This document shows positions 39,548 to 50,498 of a DNA stretch of 64,000 nucleotides, piece by piece. Origin of the DNA: Longimicrobiales bacterium (GTDB lineage Bacteria > Gemmatimonadota > Gemmatimonadetes > Longimicrobiales > Gaopeijiaceae); assembly GCA_965238005.1 (NCBI GenBank), contig OZ250165.1, positions 1,792,001-1,856,000 on the forward strand, read 5' to 3'. The position numbers and the translations under genes were made by a program. The stretch's first letter is position 1. The number at the start of each line of letters is the position of its first letter. A model generated the notes under the pieces. It did not search any database and was not told the origin of the DNA. It worked only from the letters and a program-made list of their open reading frames with translations.

Positions 39548-40936
39548 GTGTCTATTTCCGATCACATCTTCCGGCAGTACGATATCCGGGGTCTCGTAGC
39601 CACAGAGCTCACGCCGGAGGTCTCCGAGGGCGTTGGCCGGGCGTATGGGACCATGGCCCGTGAGCGTCTTGGGAGCCCTCCACGAATCGCAGTGGGCTGC
39701 GACAACCGGCCCTCGTCCCCGGATCTGGTGGCCGGCTTGATCCGTGGCCTCACGGGCTCGGGAGCCGATGTGGTTGACGTGGGGACGGTGCCCACGCCCA
39801 CGCTCTACTGGGCCGAGAGGACCTTCTCCACCGACGGCGGCATCCAGATCACCGGATCACATAATCCGCCGGAGTGGAACGGCATCAAGATGACGCTGCA
39901 GGGCGCCTCCGTGTACGGAGAGGCCATCCAGGACCTGAAGCGACGTATCGTGGGCGGAGAGGACGGGGCGGGGGAGGGGGGAGGCAGCGCCGAGCGGGTG
40001 GACATCCTCGATCGCTACATCGACGACCTGGCGGGGCGATTCGACCTCACCGGTCCCGTGAAGGTGGTTCTGGACTGCGGGAACGGCACAGGATCGCTCG
40101 TGGGCGTCGCTCTCTTGCAACAGATCGGGGCCCAGGTAGTGCCTCTCTACTGCGATTCCGACGGCACGTTTCCGAACCACCACCCGGACCCCACGGTGGA
40201 CGAAAACCTGGTGGATCTCATCGACACCGTTCGGCGGGAGGGGGCGGACGTGGGGATCGGCTTCGACGGCGACGCCGATCGCATCGGCGCCGTGGATGAA
40301 AAGGGCCAGATCGTGCGCGGAGACATCCTCCTCCTCCTCCTGGGGCTCGACGTGCTTCACAAGCGGGGGCCGGCCCAGAAGCTCATCTTCGACGTGAAGT
40401 GCTCCCAGGTCCTTCCCGACGAGTTCGCCAAGGCCGGCGGCGAGCCCATCATGTGGAAAACCGGCCATTCGCTCATCAAGGAAAAGATGCGAGAGACCGG
40501 AGCGCTCGTCGCCGGGGAGTTGTCCGGTCACATCTGCCTCGCCGACGACTATCTGGGGTTCGACGATGCCCCCTACGTCGCCTGCCGTCTGGTGGACCTC
40601 ATCGCACGCTCGGAACGTAGCCTCTCGGAGATGGTGTCGGATTTCCCGGTGTATGTTTCGACGCCCGAGCTCCGCATCGAGGTGACCGAAGAGTCTAAGT
40701 TCGGGCTCATGCGGGCGGCCCAGGAGCACTTCAAGAAGAGTCGCGAGGTGATAGACATAGACGGTGCACGCATCCTCTTCGACGACGGCTGGGGGCTCCT
40801 CCGGGCCTCCAACACTCAGCCCGTCATCGTCGCCCGGTACGAGGCTCGAACGGAGGAGGGCTTGCGCGTCATCAGGGAAGAGGTCGAATCGTGGCTGCGA
40901 ACACAGAACCTGGAGGTCAGAAATGAAGGTCAGTAA
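39548..40936 (+). CDS. Phosphomannomutase/phosphoglucomutase
   Basis: FRQYDIRG, TGSHNP, FDGDADR, RASNTQP. Confidence 0.95.
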   Translation: MSISDHIFRQYDIRGLVATELTPEVSEGVGRAYGTMARERLGSPPRIAVGCDNRPSSPDLVAGLIRGLTGSGADVVDVGTVPTPTLYWAERTFSTDGGIQITGSHNPPEWNGIKMTLQGASVYGEAIQDLKRRIVGGEDGAGEGGGSAERVDILDRYIDDLAGRFDLTGPVKVVLDCGNGTGSLVGVALLQQIGAQVVPLYCDSDGTFPNHHPDPTVDENLVDLIDTVRREGADVGIGFDGDADRIGAVDEKGQIVRGDILLLLLGLDVLHKRGPAQKLIFDVKCSQVLPDEFAKAGGEPIMWKTGHSLIKEKMRETGALVAGELSGHICLADDYLGFDDAPYVACRLVDLIARSERSLSEMVSDFPVYVSTPELRIEVTEESKFGLMRAAQEHFKKSREVIDIDGARILFDDGWGLLRASNTQPVIVARYEARTEEGLRVIREEVESWLRTQNLEVRNEGQ

Positions 40937-43676
40937 CCTCCGAGGCGGACGCCTCTTGCTGGCTTTCGTCGTCGCCGTCCTCGCGATGTTGCTTTTTGGC
41001 CGGATCGGCGCCAGCGCCTACGTCGAGATCCTCTGGTTCGAGGCCGTCGGTTTCTCGTCCGTCTTTTGGACGCGAATCCTATGGGAGTGGGGCACCCGCA
41101 TCACGGGAGCCACGGTGGTGGCCATCGCCATCTTCGCCAACCTCCGGCTCGTGGCACGGACGTTGGGCGGCATTCGTATCAAGCGGCGGGTGGGCGATCT
41201 GGTGATCTCCGAGCAACTCCCCGAGGCCTACGTCTTCTGGGGAATCATCCTGATCTCGGCCCTCATGGGAGCGTGGTTCGGAGCGTCCATCCCCCGAGCC
41301 ATCGGGCTCCAGTTCCTCTTCCTTCTCAAGGCTCCCGTCTGGGGGATGGTCGATCCCATCTTGGGCAAGGACCTGACGTTCTACGTCATCCTTCTTCCCG
41401 TCGTCGGGGCCGTAGTGACCTTCGGCATGGTCGTGGCGTTCCTCGTGTTCACCCTCGCGTCGGCGGGCTACGCCGCCACCGGCGTGCTCCAGTGGGGACG
41501 CGGGCGGATCGACATAGAGGGCCAACCTCGCACACACCTGACGATCATCGTCGCCTCGTTCTTCGTGCTCCTGGCCATCCGCTTCTGGCTCGGGCGATAC
41601 TTCCTCCTGCTCGACGGGACCTCCGGCGTCCAGAGCATCTTCGGTTACGCGGACGCCGAAGCCCGCCTCCCGGCCATGCGCATCCTGACGCTGCTCTCCG
41701 TCTTCGCGGGCATCGGGACCATGTGGAGTGGCCTGAAGGGACGCATCCTCCCGGCCGCCGCCACCGTCGGGGCCCTGGTCGTCGGGGGGCTGGTGGTCGG
41801 CCAGGCCTACCCGTCCTTCGTCCAACGCTTCCGGGTGGAGCCCAACGAGCTCGAGCGCGAAACGTCGTTCATCGAGCACAACATCCGCTTCACACGGCTC
41901 GGCTTCGACCTCACGGAGCTAGACAGACGGGAGTTCGAGTATGAGCAAGAGGTCGACGTGGACTGGCAGGCAGCGACGGCGCAGTTCAGCGGACTGCCCG
42001 TGTGGAGCTCCCGAGCTCTGCTCACGACATTCCGAGAGCTCGAGGCACGGTTCCCCTACTACGACTTCTCGGGCGTGACCGTGGACCGCTACGAGAGCGC
42101 CAAGGGCCCGGTCCCCGTCGCCCTCGCGGTTCGCGAGATCCTGCCACGGGGCATTCAGGACCCCAACTGGCAGAACGTCCACCTCCGTAGCCTCTACATC
42201 CAGGGCATGGGTGCCGTGGCGACGGCGGCAGGGTCCCGGACACCCCAGGGCCGGCCTGTCATGTTCGTGTCCGGCATTCCTCCGGAATTCAGCGAGAGCG
42301 GGATTGCGCCCGAGGGCTTACGCCTCACGCGGCCGGAAGTCTACGTCGGGACCCGGAGACAGGGCTTTGCCATCGTGGATCCCGATCAGCGGACGGCGCC
42401 CGATGGGGGTCCCGCTCGACCCGGTATCGACTTCCCAAGGGGGATCGAGCTCAGCTCGCCCCTGAGAAAACTGGCGCTGGCATGGCAAGCCAGGGACGCC
42501 AACCTCCTGTTCACCTCCGAGGTGACCAACACCAGCCGGTTCCTGTTTCGGAGAGACGTCTTGAGTCGGGTGCTCAGGATCTCAGGGCCGCTCCTGCGCT
42601 ACCCCGACGAACCCTATCCCGTCATCCACGATGGGCACATCGTCTGGATCCTCGAGGGATTCACCGGCACCCGCTGGTTCCCCCTCTCGTCCACCCACAA
42701 CCTCGAGGCCGGTCGGCCGGTCCGGTACGCTCGAAACAGCGTGAAGGTTACGGTGGACGGGGTCACCGGCGAGGTGACCTTCTACGTGGTCGATGACGAC
42801 GATCGGTTGCTTCAAGCCTACCGGCAGGGCTTCCCCACGCTCTTCAGGCCCATCGACGAAATGCCAGATGGCCTCCTCAGCCACATTCGCTACTCGCGGA
42901 GCATGCTGGACCTCCAGGCGCGAGTCCTCAACCGATACCATCAAGACAGCGCGCCGGTCTTCCACGGCCAGCAGGACGTCTGGGAGCTCCCGCAGGAGCT
43001 CGCTCAGGGCACCACGCCGGTGCCGTACCAGGCCGAGTACGGGATCTACCTTTTGCCCGGTGAGTCGAAGGCTGGCTTCCTCCTCACCACGGTGTTCGTG
43101 CCGCGTGGTCGGCAGAATCTGACGGCCATCCTGGTGGCCCGGAATGATCCGGATCGTTACGGGGAGCTCATACTCTTCGACGTCTCCGTTGAGGATCAGG
43201 CCCCGGGTCCCCGCCAGGTGGAGGCTCTCATCGAGCAGGATCCGGTCATCTCTCAGCAGTTCTCCCTCTGGCGAACGGGGGGCAGCCAGGTGTGGACGGG
43301 ACACCTGCACCTGGTTCCCGTCGGTGAGACCCTTCTGTACATGGAGCCCGTCTTCCTGGCGGCCGAGGCGGATGCCATCCCCGAGCTCCGCCGTTTCGTG
43401 GTCAGCGACGGGCGGCGTGTGTCAATGGAGGAAACGCTGGAGCAGTCCATCCAGACCTTGGCGTCCATGTCCGGCGACACGCCACCCCTCACAGAGCCCA
43501 TCCTGGTGGCCGCCGACCTGCCTTCAGTGGACAGGAGCCGGTGGCCGGCCGAAGCCCTCGCCCTACTGGAGGACGCCGAGGCTGCGCTTCGTGCGGGAGA
43601 TTTCCAGGGATTCGGCATCGCCCTGGACAAGCTCAAGGCCCTTCTCCAGCGCATCTCCCGGGAGGGGGGCAATTAG
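40923..43676 (+). CDS. UPF0182 family membrane protein
   Basis: N-terminal TM helices, DPILGKDLTFY, VEPNELERE, YARNSVKVTVD, LLYMEPVF. Confidence 0.92.
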   Translation: MKVSNLRGGRLLLAFVVAVLAMLLFGRIGASAYVEILWFEAVGFSSVFWTRILWEWGTRITGATVVAIAIFANLRLVARTLGGIRIKRRVGDLVISEQLPEAYVFWGIILISALMGAWFGASIPRAIGLQFLFLLKAPVWGMVDPILGKDLTFYVILLPVVGAVVTFGMVVAFLVFTLASAGYAATGVLQWGRGRIDIEGQPRTHLTIIVASFFVLLAIRFWLGRYFLLLDGTSGVQSIFGYADAEARLPAMRILTLLSVFAGIGTMWSGLKGRILPAAATVGALVVGGLVVGQAYPSFVQRFRVEPNELERETSFIEHNIRFTRLGFDLTELDRREFEYEQEVDVDWQAATAQFSGLPVWSSRALLTTFRELEARFPYYDFSGVTVDRYESAKGPVPVALAVREILPRGIQDPNWQNVHLRSLYIQGMGAVATAAGSRTPQGRPVMFVSGIPPEFSESGIAPEGLRLTRPEVYVGTRRQGFAIVDPDQRTAPDGGPARPGIDFPRGIELSSPLRKLALAWQARDANLLFTSEVTNTSRFLFRRDVLSRVLRISGPLLRYPDEPYPVIHDGHIVWILEGFTGTRWFPLSSTHNLEAGRPVRYARNSVKVTVDGVTGEVTFYVVDDDDRLLQAYRQGFPTLFRPIDEMPDGLLSHIRYSRSMLDLQARVLNRYHQDSAPVFHGQQDVWELPQELAQGTTPVPYQAEYGIYLLPGESKAGFLLTTVFVPRGRQNLTAILVARNDPDRYGELILFDVSVEDQAPGPRQVEALIEQDPVISQQFSLWRTGGSQVWTGHLHLVPVGETLLYMEPVFLAAEADAIPELRRFVVSDGRRVSMEETLEQSIQTLASMSGDTPPLTEPILVAADLPSVDRSRWPAEALALLEDAEAALRAGDFQGFGIALDKLKALLQRISREGGN

Positions 43677-43801
43677 CGTCGAATCCCGAAATCCTCGGCC
43701 ATTGATCTCGCTCCGCTCGATCGTCTCGCGGTCCACTCCGTACTCATAAAAACTGCGATGGTCTCTCGGCTCGAGCACCGATGATCGGGATCCGACACTA
43801 G
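43674..43801. repeat. 128-bp copy of the modular repeat
   Basis: IR TAGCGTCGAATCCCGA / TCGGGATCCGACACTA; internal CTCGGCCATTGATCTCGCT-x-CGCTCGATCGTCTCGCGGTC and CTCGGCTCGAGCACCGATG shared with the 47395 copy. Confidence 0.9.
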
Positions 43802-43931
43802 GACCCCGTTCCTTGATCGCTCCTTGCAGCCCAGGTAGCTTGAGGCCCTCGCAGGCTCCGTCTCACGGCGCGAGACGATGTCGTCTCCGGAGGTATTCCG
43901 ATCGGTTGATTCGACTTCGAGCTCGACTCAG

Positions 43932-45065
43932 ATGAATATTCACGAATATCAGGCGAAGGAGATCCTTCGCTCCAAGGGCATTCCAGTGCCGCCCGGGGAG
44001 GTGGCCACCACGCCCGACGAAGCCGTCCAGATCGCCGAGAAGTACGGTGGCATGGTGGTGGTGAAGGCGCAGGTCCACACCGGTGGGCGGGGTAAAGCCG
44101 GAGGCGTGAAGTTGGCCAAGACTCCCGACGAGGTGCGGGAGCACGCCGAGAACATTCTCGGCATGACCATCTCCAGCCTCACCGTGGAGAAGGTCTTGAT
44201 CACCCCGGCGGAGGACATCGACACCGAGGCCTACGTGGGTGTTCTCATCGATCGCGGCTCGCAGGCCGCCACGTTCATGGTGTCCTCCGAGGGGGGAATC
44301 GACATCGAGGAAGTGGCGCACACCAATCCCGATGCCATCCGCAAGCTTACGGTGGATCCGCGCTATGGGCTCATGAACCACCAGGCTTTCTGGCTGGCCA
44401 ACGCCCTCTACGACGATCCGGCACTGATCAAGCAGGCCTCCAAGATCATCCGGCAGCTCTACGACGCTTTCACGTCGAGTGGCGCATCGATGGTGGAGAT
44501 CAATCCGCTGATCACCACCGCCGGCGAAGTTAAGGCCATCGACGCCAAGATGAGCATCGACGACAGCGAGCTCTTCAGGCAGCCCGAGATCGCGGAGTAC
44601 CGGGATCTGTCGGCGGAGCCGTGGGCCGAGACCAAGGCTCGCGAGGCGAACCTCAGCTACGTGAAGCTCGACGGCAACGTGGGCTGCTGTGTGAACGGAG
44701 CCGGCTTGGCCATGGCCACCATGGACCTGGTGAAGTACCACGGCGGGGAGCCGGCGAACTTCCTGGACATCGGAGGATCGTCGAACCCCGAGAAGGTCGT
44801 GGCCGCCCTGCAGATCATCACCTCCGATTCCAACGTGGACGTGATCCTGTTCAACATCTTCGGAGGGATCACGCGCTGTGACGACGTGGCGAGGGGCATC
44901 GTAGAGGCCACCCGGAGCATCGACATCGAGCCCCCCATCGTGATCCGCCTCACGGGGACCAACGAGAAGGAAGGACTGGAGATTCTCGCCGAGGCGGGCT
45001 TTTCGGCGTTCACCTCCATGGACGACGTCGTCGAGCGGGCCGTGCAGATGGCCGCAGAAGCGTGA
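43932..45065 (+). CDS. sucC: Succinyl-CoA ligase beta subunit
   Basis: [35 protein letters not shown]. Confidence 0.97.
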   Translation: MNIHEYQAKEILRSKGIPVPPGEVATTPDEAVQIAEKYGGMVVVKAQVHTGGRGKAGGVKLAKTPDEVREHAENILGMTISSLTVEKVLITPAEDIDTEAYVGVLIDRGSQAATFMVSSEGGIDIEEVAHTNPDAIRKLTVDPRYGLMNHQAFWLANALYDDPALIKQASKIIRQLYDAFTSSGASMVEINPLITTAGEVKAIDAKMSIDDSELFRQPEIAEYRDLSAEPWAETKAREANLSYVKLDGNVGCCVNGAGLAMATMDLVKYHGGEPANFLDIGGSSNPEKVVAALQIITSDSNVDVILFNIFGGITRCDDVARGIVEATRSIDIEPPIVIRLTGTNEKEGLEILAEAGFSAFTSMDDVVERAVQMAAEA

Positions 45066-45103
45066 CGCCGGCGACGATGGAATACGAGCCAATGAGACGA
45101 TAG

Positions 45104-46006
45104 ATGGCGATTCTTGTCGATGAAAAAACGAAACTGGTCGTCCAGGGCATCACGGGAAGGGACGGTTCCTTCCACACGGCCCAGATGATCGAGTACGGCA
45201 CGCATGTCGTGGCCGGAGTTACGCCGGGGAAGGGGGGTCAGACATTCGAGGGCCCCAACGGAGTCTCCGTCCCCATCTTCAACTCCATGGATCGCGCCGT
45301 GGCGGAGACCGGGGCCAACGCCTCGATCGTCTACGTGCCGCCCGCCTTCGCGGCCGGAGCCATCGAGGAGGCGACCGACGCGGGCGTCGATCTGGTCGTG
45401 GCCATCACGGAGGGGATTCCGGTCCTGGACATGGCCCGGGCCCACGCCTTCGCCCGCGATCGGGGCACCCGACTCCTGGGGCCGAACTGCCCCGGTTTGA
45501 TCTCGCCCGGAAAGGCAAAGGTCGGGATCATTCCGGATCAGATCGTGACTCCGGGTCCCGTAGGCGTGATCTCCCGGTCCGGCACTCTCACGTATGAGGC
45601 GGTCATGCAACTTACCAACGCCGGTATTGGACAGACGACCTGCGTCGGTATCGGAGGTGATCCGCTCATCGGCACTAACTTCGTGGACGCACTCGAGGCG
45701 TTCGCCGCTGATCCCGATACCCAAGCCATCGTGATGATCGGGGAGATCGGCGGCACCGACGAGCAGGAGGCGGCGACCTGGGTGAAGGAGAACCTGGAGA
45801 TTCCGGTGGTAGGCTTCATCGCCGGCCAGACCGCTCCTCCGGGTCGACGCATGGGCCACGCCGGTGCGATCATCAGCGGCTCCGCAGGAGCGGCGGAGGA
45901 GAAGACGAAGGCCTTCGAAGACAACGGGATAAGCGTGGCGAAGCGCCCCGTGGACATCGTGGATCTGATCCGGGACGCCATCGGAGTAGAGGCGAGTGGC
46001 CTGTAA
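45104..46006 (+). CDS. sucD: Succinyl-CoA ligase alpha subunit
   Basis: [26 protein letters not shown]. Confidence 0.97.
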   Translation: MAILVDEKTKLVVQGITGRDGSFHTAQMIEYGTHVVAGVTPGKGGQTFEGPNGVSVPIFNSMDRAVAETGANASIVYVPPAFAAGAIEEATDAGVDLVVAITEGIPVLDMARAHAFARDRGTRLLGPNCPGLISPGKAKVGIIPDQIVTPGPVGVISRSGTLTYEAVMQLTNAGIGQTTCVGIGGDPLIGTNFVDALEAFAADPDTQAIVMIGEIGGTDEQEAATWVKENLEIPVVGFIAGQTAPPGRRMGHAGAIISGSAGAAEEKTKAFEDNGISVAKRPVDIVDLIRDAIGVEASGL

Positions 46007-46052
46007 CCGATGATCGATTGGTATTCGAGTTGAGTCCTCGACGGAGGACGAC

Positions 46053-46946
46053 ATGAAGTTCATAGACTTGCTCGGCCACGGTGGGATTCTGGTCCCACTG
46101 GACGCACCGGACCTCGAAGGCGCACTCGCGGTCGCTCTTGAGGCCGTAGAGGGTTTCACCCCCGAGAGGGCCGAACGGGTAGCCATCGACCTCGCCTCGG
46201 GATCCGCCGGCGAGGTGGCCCGCGTCCACGACCAGGTCGTTGTCGTTCTCGCCCAGGAGGACACGCTGGAGTCGGTGTCTGCTGTGCTCGGAATGTCGCC
46301 GGAACCCTTCCAGGTGAACGCTGCAAGGGATGACGGGCCGACTGCGGCGCGAGTTCTCGTGTTGCTGGTGACGCCGCGCCGGTTCGCCACCCTGAAGCAT
46401 CAGATGTTGCCGGCGCTGGTCCGGTTCTTCCGTGAGGAAGAGAGGGCGGGGCCACTCTTGGCCGCACGGTCGGTCGATGCCGTAAAGAGCCTCAAGAGCC
46501 TCATGGAGATCGAGCTCCACGAACGCCTCTTGGTGGAGGATGTTCTCGCGCCCCTCCAGTACCGCGTCTATTCGCACACACCCTACACCGAAGTGGTGGA
46601 CCTGATGGTGCGGCGAGGACTGAAGTCGGTGCCGGTCGTGGGAGAGGACTACGAGTTCCTCGGTATCATCACGACGGGCGACGCCATGAAGCACGTGGTC
46701 GCCAAAACCCAAACAGAAGAGGCTGGAGAGCCGCAGGACACAACGCCTCTGCAGGAGCCCACGGCCCGTGAGATCATGACCCGGAGCGTCATGTGCGTCT
46801 CGGAGGATCAGAGCCTCATGGAGGCGGCGTTCATCATGGTGAACAGGGACGTTGAAGAGCTCCCCGTCATACGGGAGGGTGAAATGGTCGGCTTCCTCAC
46901 CCGAGGAGAAGTGCTGCGGCTGCTATTCGGGCCCGCAGAGAACTGA
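46053..46946 (+). CDS. CBS-pair protein with an N-terminal PTS-IIA-like domain
   Basis: C-terminal CBS pair (VPVV...LGIIT; AREIMTR...LPVI...VGFLT); the N-terminal assignment is weaker. Confidence 0.75.
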   Translation: MKFIDLLGHGGILVPLDAPDLEGALAVALEAVEGFTPERAERVAIDLASGSAGEVARVHDQVVVVLAQEDTLESVSAVLGMSPEPFQVNAARDDGPTAARVLVLLVTPRRFATLKHQMLPALVRFFREEERAGPLLAARSVDAVKSLKSLMEIELHERLLVEDVLAPLQYRVYSHTPYTEVVDLMVRRGLKSVPVVGEDYEFLGIITTGDAMKHVVAKTQTEEAGEPQDTTPLQEPTAREIMTRSVMCVSEDQSLMEAAFIMVNRDVEELPVIREGEMVGFLTRGEVLRLLFGPAEN

Positions 46947-46975
46947 GACATCGTTACCCGGAGGAATGAAGTCAT

Positions 46976-47395
46976 ATGAGCTCTACGCTCGCGATCATCA
47001 AGCCGGATGCCGTAGGGTCCGGCTTCGCGGGAAAGATTCTGGCACACCTGGAGGATGCGGGGTTCACCGTGTGCGCGATCAAGATGACGCGCCTGGATCC
47101 CGACCAAGCGGGTGTGTTCTACGAGGTTCACAAGGGGCGACCCTTCTACGACTCGCTCGTGAGCTTCATGACGTCGGGTACGGTGATTCCCATGGTTCTT
47201 CAAGCCGACGATGCCGTCGCGAAGCTGCGGCAGATCATCGGCGCAACGGATCCGGCTGAAGCCGACGAAGGGACGGTCCGACGACTCTACGCGGAATCGA
47301 AGGAGAGGAACGCCATTCACGCGTCCGATTCCGACGAGAATGCCGCGGCCGAGATCGCTTTCTTCTTCTCGCGCCACGAGCGCCTCGAGCTTTAG
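46976..47395 (+). CDS. ndk: Nucleoside diphosphate kinase
   Basis: TLAIIKPDAV, IGATDP, NAIHASDS. Confidence 0.98.
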   Translation: MSSTLAIIKPDAVGSGFAGKILAHLEDAGFTVCAIKMTRLDPDQAGVFYEVHKGRPFYDSLVSFMTSGTVIPMVLQADDAVAKLRQIIGATDPAEADEGTVRRLYAESKERNAIHASDSDENAAAEIAFFFSRHERLEL

Positions 47396-47667
47396 TGTGG
47401 TGTCCCAGAAGTGTCTCGGCCATTGATCTCGCTGCGCTCGATCGTCTCGCGGTCAACTGGGCGCTCACGACGAGCATGAAGGTCGCTCGGCTCGAGCACC
47501 GATGCATCCGGCCCTGCGGCGTTCCTCCTTCTCGGACCACGGCCTTCGGCCGCGTTGCCCGCGTTGCTATTCCTCGTCGTCGCGCCTGACCCACGCATCC
47601 GGCGCGGGTACCCCGGATCCGGCGCCTCGGCACTCTCGGTGGCTCGCGAACTTCTGGGACACCACAC
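47395..47667. mobile_element. MITE-like element (273 bp) with perfect 18-bp terminal inverted repeats
   Basis: GTGTGGTGTCCCAGAAGT (47395-47412) / ACTTCTGGGACACCACAC (47650-47667); begins in the ndk TAG; carries modules found at six other loci. Confidence 0.85.
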
Positions 47668-47716
47668 CAGCTAGGGAACGTCCGCACAAGTCTTATGGAC
47701 AGGGGCTTTTCCCGCG

Positions 47717-47745
47717 TTGACTCCCCTGTAGGGTTGGGGTAGGTT
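47717..47745 (+). promoter_or_regulatory. Sigma70-type promoter, probably leaderless, for yceD-rpmF-plsX-fab
   Basis: TTGACT-17 nt-TAGGTT, 7 nt before ATG 47753; no Shine-Dalgarno. Confidence 0.55.
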
Positions 47746-47752
47746 TTTTTCT

Positions 47753-48268
47753 ATGCTCAGAGTCGACCTGGCTCACTTGAAGCGGGAGCGATCACTGCAA
47801 GTAGAGGGATTCCTCGAGCCGGATCAGCATTCCTTCGAGGGATGCGCCTTCGTGCTCGAGAAGCCCCTCCACGTGGTCCTGACGGCTATGTGGGCCGGCT
47901 CGGGTGAGGTCGTCCTGCGCGGTAGGTTCAAGGGCTCCGTTGCCCAAGCTTGCCGTCGCTGTCTCGAACCGGTCGAGCGGACGGTGGATGCCGAGATCAC
48001 GATGATCTTCGCCCCGTCGGAGTTGTTGGAGGACGACGACCAGGAGACACGCCGTATCGAGCCGAGCCAACGTAAGGTCGACCTGGGACCGCATCTTCGT
48101 GATGAGTTGATCATGTCGGCGCCAATGTACGTGGAGTGCCGAGAGGATTGCAGAGGCTTGTGCGCCGGGTGCGGGATGAACCTGAACGAGGCTGATTGCC
48201 AGTGCTCGACGGAAGACATGGACCCGAGGTGGGATGCCCTGCGAGCACTCAAGAGCGAGCGAACATGA
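47753..48268 (+). CDS. yceD: DUF177/YceD family protein
   Basis: CRRCL, CREDCRGLCAGCG, DPRWDAL; upstream of rpmF. Confidence 0.92.
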   Translation: MLRVDLAHLKRERSLQVEGFLEPDQHSFEGCAFVLEKPLHVVLTAMWAGSGEVVLRGRFKGSVAQACRRCLEPVERTVDAEITMIFAPSELLEDDDQETRRIEPSQRKVDLGPHLRDELIMSAPMYVECREDCRGLCAGCGMNLNEADCQCSTEDMDPRWDALRALKSERT

Positions 48269-48271
48269 CCG

Positions 48272-48454
48272 ATGGCTGTTCCGAAGAAGAAGATCTCCAA
48301 GCAGCGCAAGCGCAAGCGCCGCACGCATTACAAGGCCGAGCCCGTGGTGACCAACACCTGCTCCCGTTGCGGGGATCCCAAGATCCCACACCGAGTGTGC
48401 CCGAGCTGCGGGTACTACGGGGGTGAGCAGGTGATCGAGCTGGACCTGGACTGA
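48272..48454 (+). CDS. rpmF: 50S ribosomal protein L32
   Basis: MAVPKKKISK, CxxC...HRVCxxCGYY. Confidence 0.98.
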   Translation: MAVPKKKISKQRKRKRRTHYKAEPVVTNTCSRCGDPKIPHRVCPSCGYYGGEQVIELDLD

Positions 48455-48479
48455 CCTTCCGGCCACGGGATCAAGCGAG

Positions 48480-49475
48480 GTGCGGATTGCCCTGGACGCC
48501 ATGGGCGCCGACCAGGCCCCGGCTATTGAGGTCGCCGGAGCGGTCAGTGCTCTCCAGGATCCCCAATCGGACGTCGAGATCCTCCTGGTGGGGGATCGCG
48601 CTGCCCTCGAGTCCGAGCTCGCGCTTCATCAGGACTTTCCAGAGAACCGGCTGAGCATCGTCCACGCCTCCGACCGGGTGTTGCCGGGCGAGCCTCCTTC
48701 CACCGTTCTTCGTCGCAAGCCGGAATCCTCCATCGCCATCGGCCTGGGCCTCCACCGGAAGGGAGAGGCCGACGCCTTCATCAGTGCCGGATCGACAGGC
48801 GCCGTCATGGCGGCCTCACTGTTCATCCTCCGCCCTCTCCAGGGCGTGGATCGACCGGCCATCGGAACCGTGGTCCCTACGGCCGACGGCCCACTCCTTC
48901 TTCTCGACGCCGGCGCCAACGTGGACTGCAAACCCCATCAACTCATCCAGTTCGCTCGCTTGGGGAAGGTCTACGCTCAGGATCTCATGGACATCGCAAG
49001 CCCGCGAGTGGGCCTTCTGAACATCGGGGAGGAGCCAAAGAAGGGTGACGAGCTCGCCGTGGCAACCTACCAGGGCCTCGTGGAGAGCGGCCTCAACTTC
49101 GTCGGCAACGTCGAAGGCCGGGGCATCGTCGAGGGCGCCTGCGACGTCCTGGTGTGTGACGGTTTCGTCGGCAACGTGCTTCTCAAGTTCTACGAGTCCG
49201 TCGCCAGCTTCATCGTGAGCCTTCTCACCAACGCCCTCGGCGAGATCCAGTCGAACCACGACCTGGACGCAGTGTTTCGTCTCCTCGATTATACCGAGAC
49301 GGGTGGCGCACCTCTCCTCGGCGTGAACGGGATTCCCATCATCTGCCACGGAGGATCCCCACCCAAGGCCATCCGGAACGCCATCGGCGTGGCGGATAGG
49401 GCCGCACGGGCGTCGATGGTGTCCCACTTCGAGAAGGAGCTCAGGTTGCCGGTCGTTCAAGGCGGCACGGTATGA
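48480..49475 (+). CDS. plsX: Phosphate acyltransferase
   Basis: IALDAMG, LDAGAN, LLNIGEE, CDGFVGN. Confidence 0.97.
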   Translation: MRIALDAMGADQAPAIEVAGAVSALQDPQSDVEILLVGDRAALESELALHQDFPENRLSIVHASDRVLPGEPPSTVLRRKPESSIAIGLGLHRKGEADAFISAGSTGAVMAASLFILRPLQGVDRPAIGTVVPTADGPLLLLDAGANVDCKPHQLIQFARLGKVYAQDLMDIASPRVGLLNIGEEPKKGDELAVATYQGLVESGLNFVGNVEGRGIVEGACDVLVCDGFVGNVLLKFYESVASFIVSLLTNALGEIQSNHDLDAVFRLLDYTETGGAPLLGVNGIPIICHGGSPPKAIRNAIGVADRAARASMVSHFEKELRLPVVQGGTV

Positions 49476-50464
49476 AGACGCCGAAGTCCCTGGTCGAGAT
49501 CGTCTCTACGGGGCGCTACCTGCCGGACCGTGTGCTCACCAATCACGAGCTCGAAGGCATGGTGGACACCACCGACCAGTGGATCAGCGACCGCACGGGC
49601 ATCAAGGAACGTCGTATCGCCTGCGCGCACACCACCGTTGCCGGCATGGGGGCCTCCGCCGCTCGCATTGCCATGGAGCGGGCGGAGGTCGAGGCGGGAG
49701 AGATCGACATCCTGATCGTCTCGACCACCACTCCCGACCGTCTGCTCCCGTCTACGGCGTGCGATATGCAGGCGCTGCTGGGAGCCGGCAACGCCGTGGC
49801 CCTCGACGTCTCGGCAGCCTGCTCCGGCTGGCTGTACGGGCTCACCATGGCCGAGGGATACCTGACGGCCGGTCGCGGAGAGATCGCCCTGGTCGTGGCC
49901 GCGGAGAAGATGAGCTCCATCACTGATTGGAAGGATCGCTCCACGTGTGTGCTCTTCGGAGACGGGGCCGGAGCCGGCGTGGTGCGGAGGTCCGACGGAT
50001 CGAAAGGCATCCTGGGCACCCATCACGGCTCGGACGGCAATCTGGCCGAGCTGCTGTATCGGCCGGCGGGCGGAGCCGCCGTGCCCATGGACGAAGAAGT
50101 GCTCAGGAGAGGCGATCACCTCGTGCGCATGGCAGGGCGGGAGGTGTTCAAGAGCGCCGTCCGCTCCATGTCCGAGGCCGCGAACCTCGCGCTCAAGCAA
50201 TCGGGTCTCACCGACGACGACGTGGACCTGATGGTCCCCCACCAGGCCAACATCCGCATCATCGAGGCCACGGCCCGTTACTCGGGCATTCCCATGAAGA
50301 AGGTCTTCGTGAACGTGGATCGCTACGGGAACATGAGCTCGGCGACCATTCCGGTAGCTCTGGACGAGGCCGTGGAAGAGGGTAGGTTGCGCCCGGGCAT
50401 GAACGTCCTGACAGTCGCCTTCGGCGCCGGCCTCACGTGGGGGGCCATGGCCCTCCGCTGGTAG
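49472..50464 (+). CDS. fabH: 3-oxoacyl-ACP synthase III
   Basis: AACSG, PHQAN, YGNMSSA. Confidence 0.97.
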   Translation: MKTPKSLVEIVSTGRYLPDRVLTNHELEGMVDTTDQWISDRTGIKERRIACAHTTVAGMGASAARIAMERAEVEAGEIDILIVSTTTPDRLLPSTACDMQALLGAGNAVALDVSAACSGWLYGLTMAEGYLTAGRGEIALVVAAEKMSSITDWKDRSTCVLFGDGAGAGVVRRSDGSKGILGTHHGSDGNLAELLYRPAGGAAVPMDEEVLRRGDHLVRMAGREVFKSAVRSMSEAANLALKQSGLTDDDVDLMVPHQANIRIIEATARYSGIPMKKVFVNVDRYGNMSSATIPVALDEAVEEGRLRPGMNVLTVAFGAGLTWGAMALRW

Positions 50465-50498
50465 ACGCCGAAGCGAACCTGAGAGCCGCTTCCGAGCC

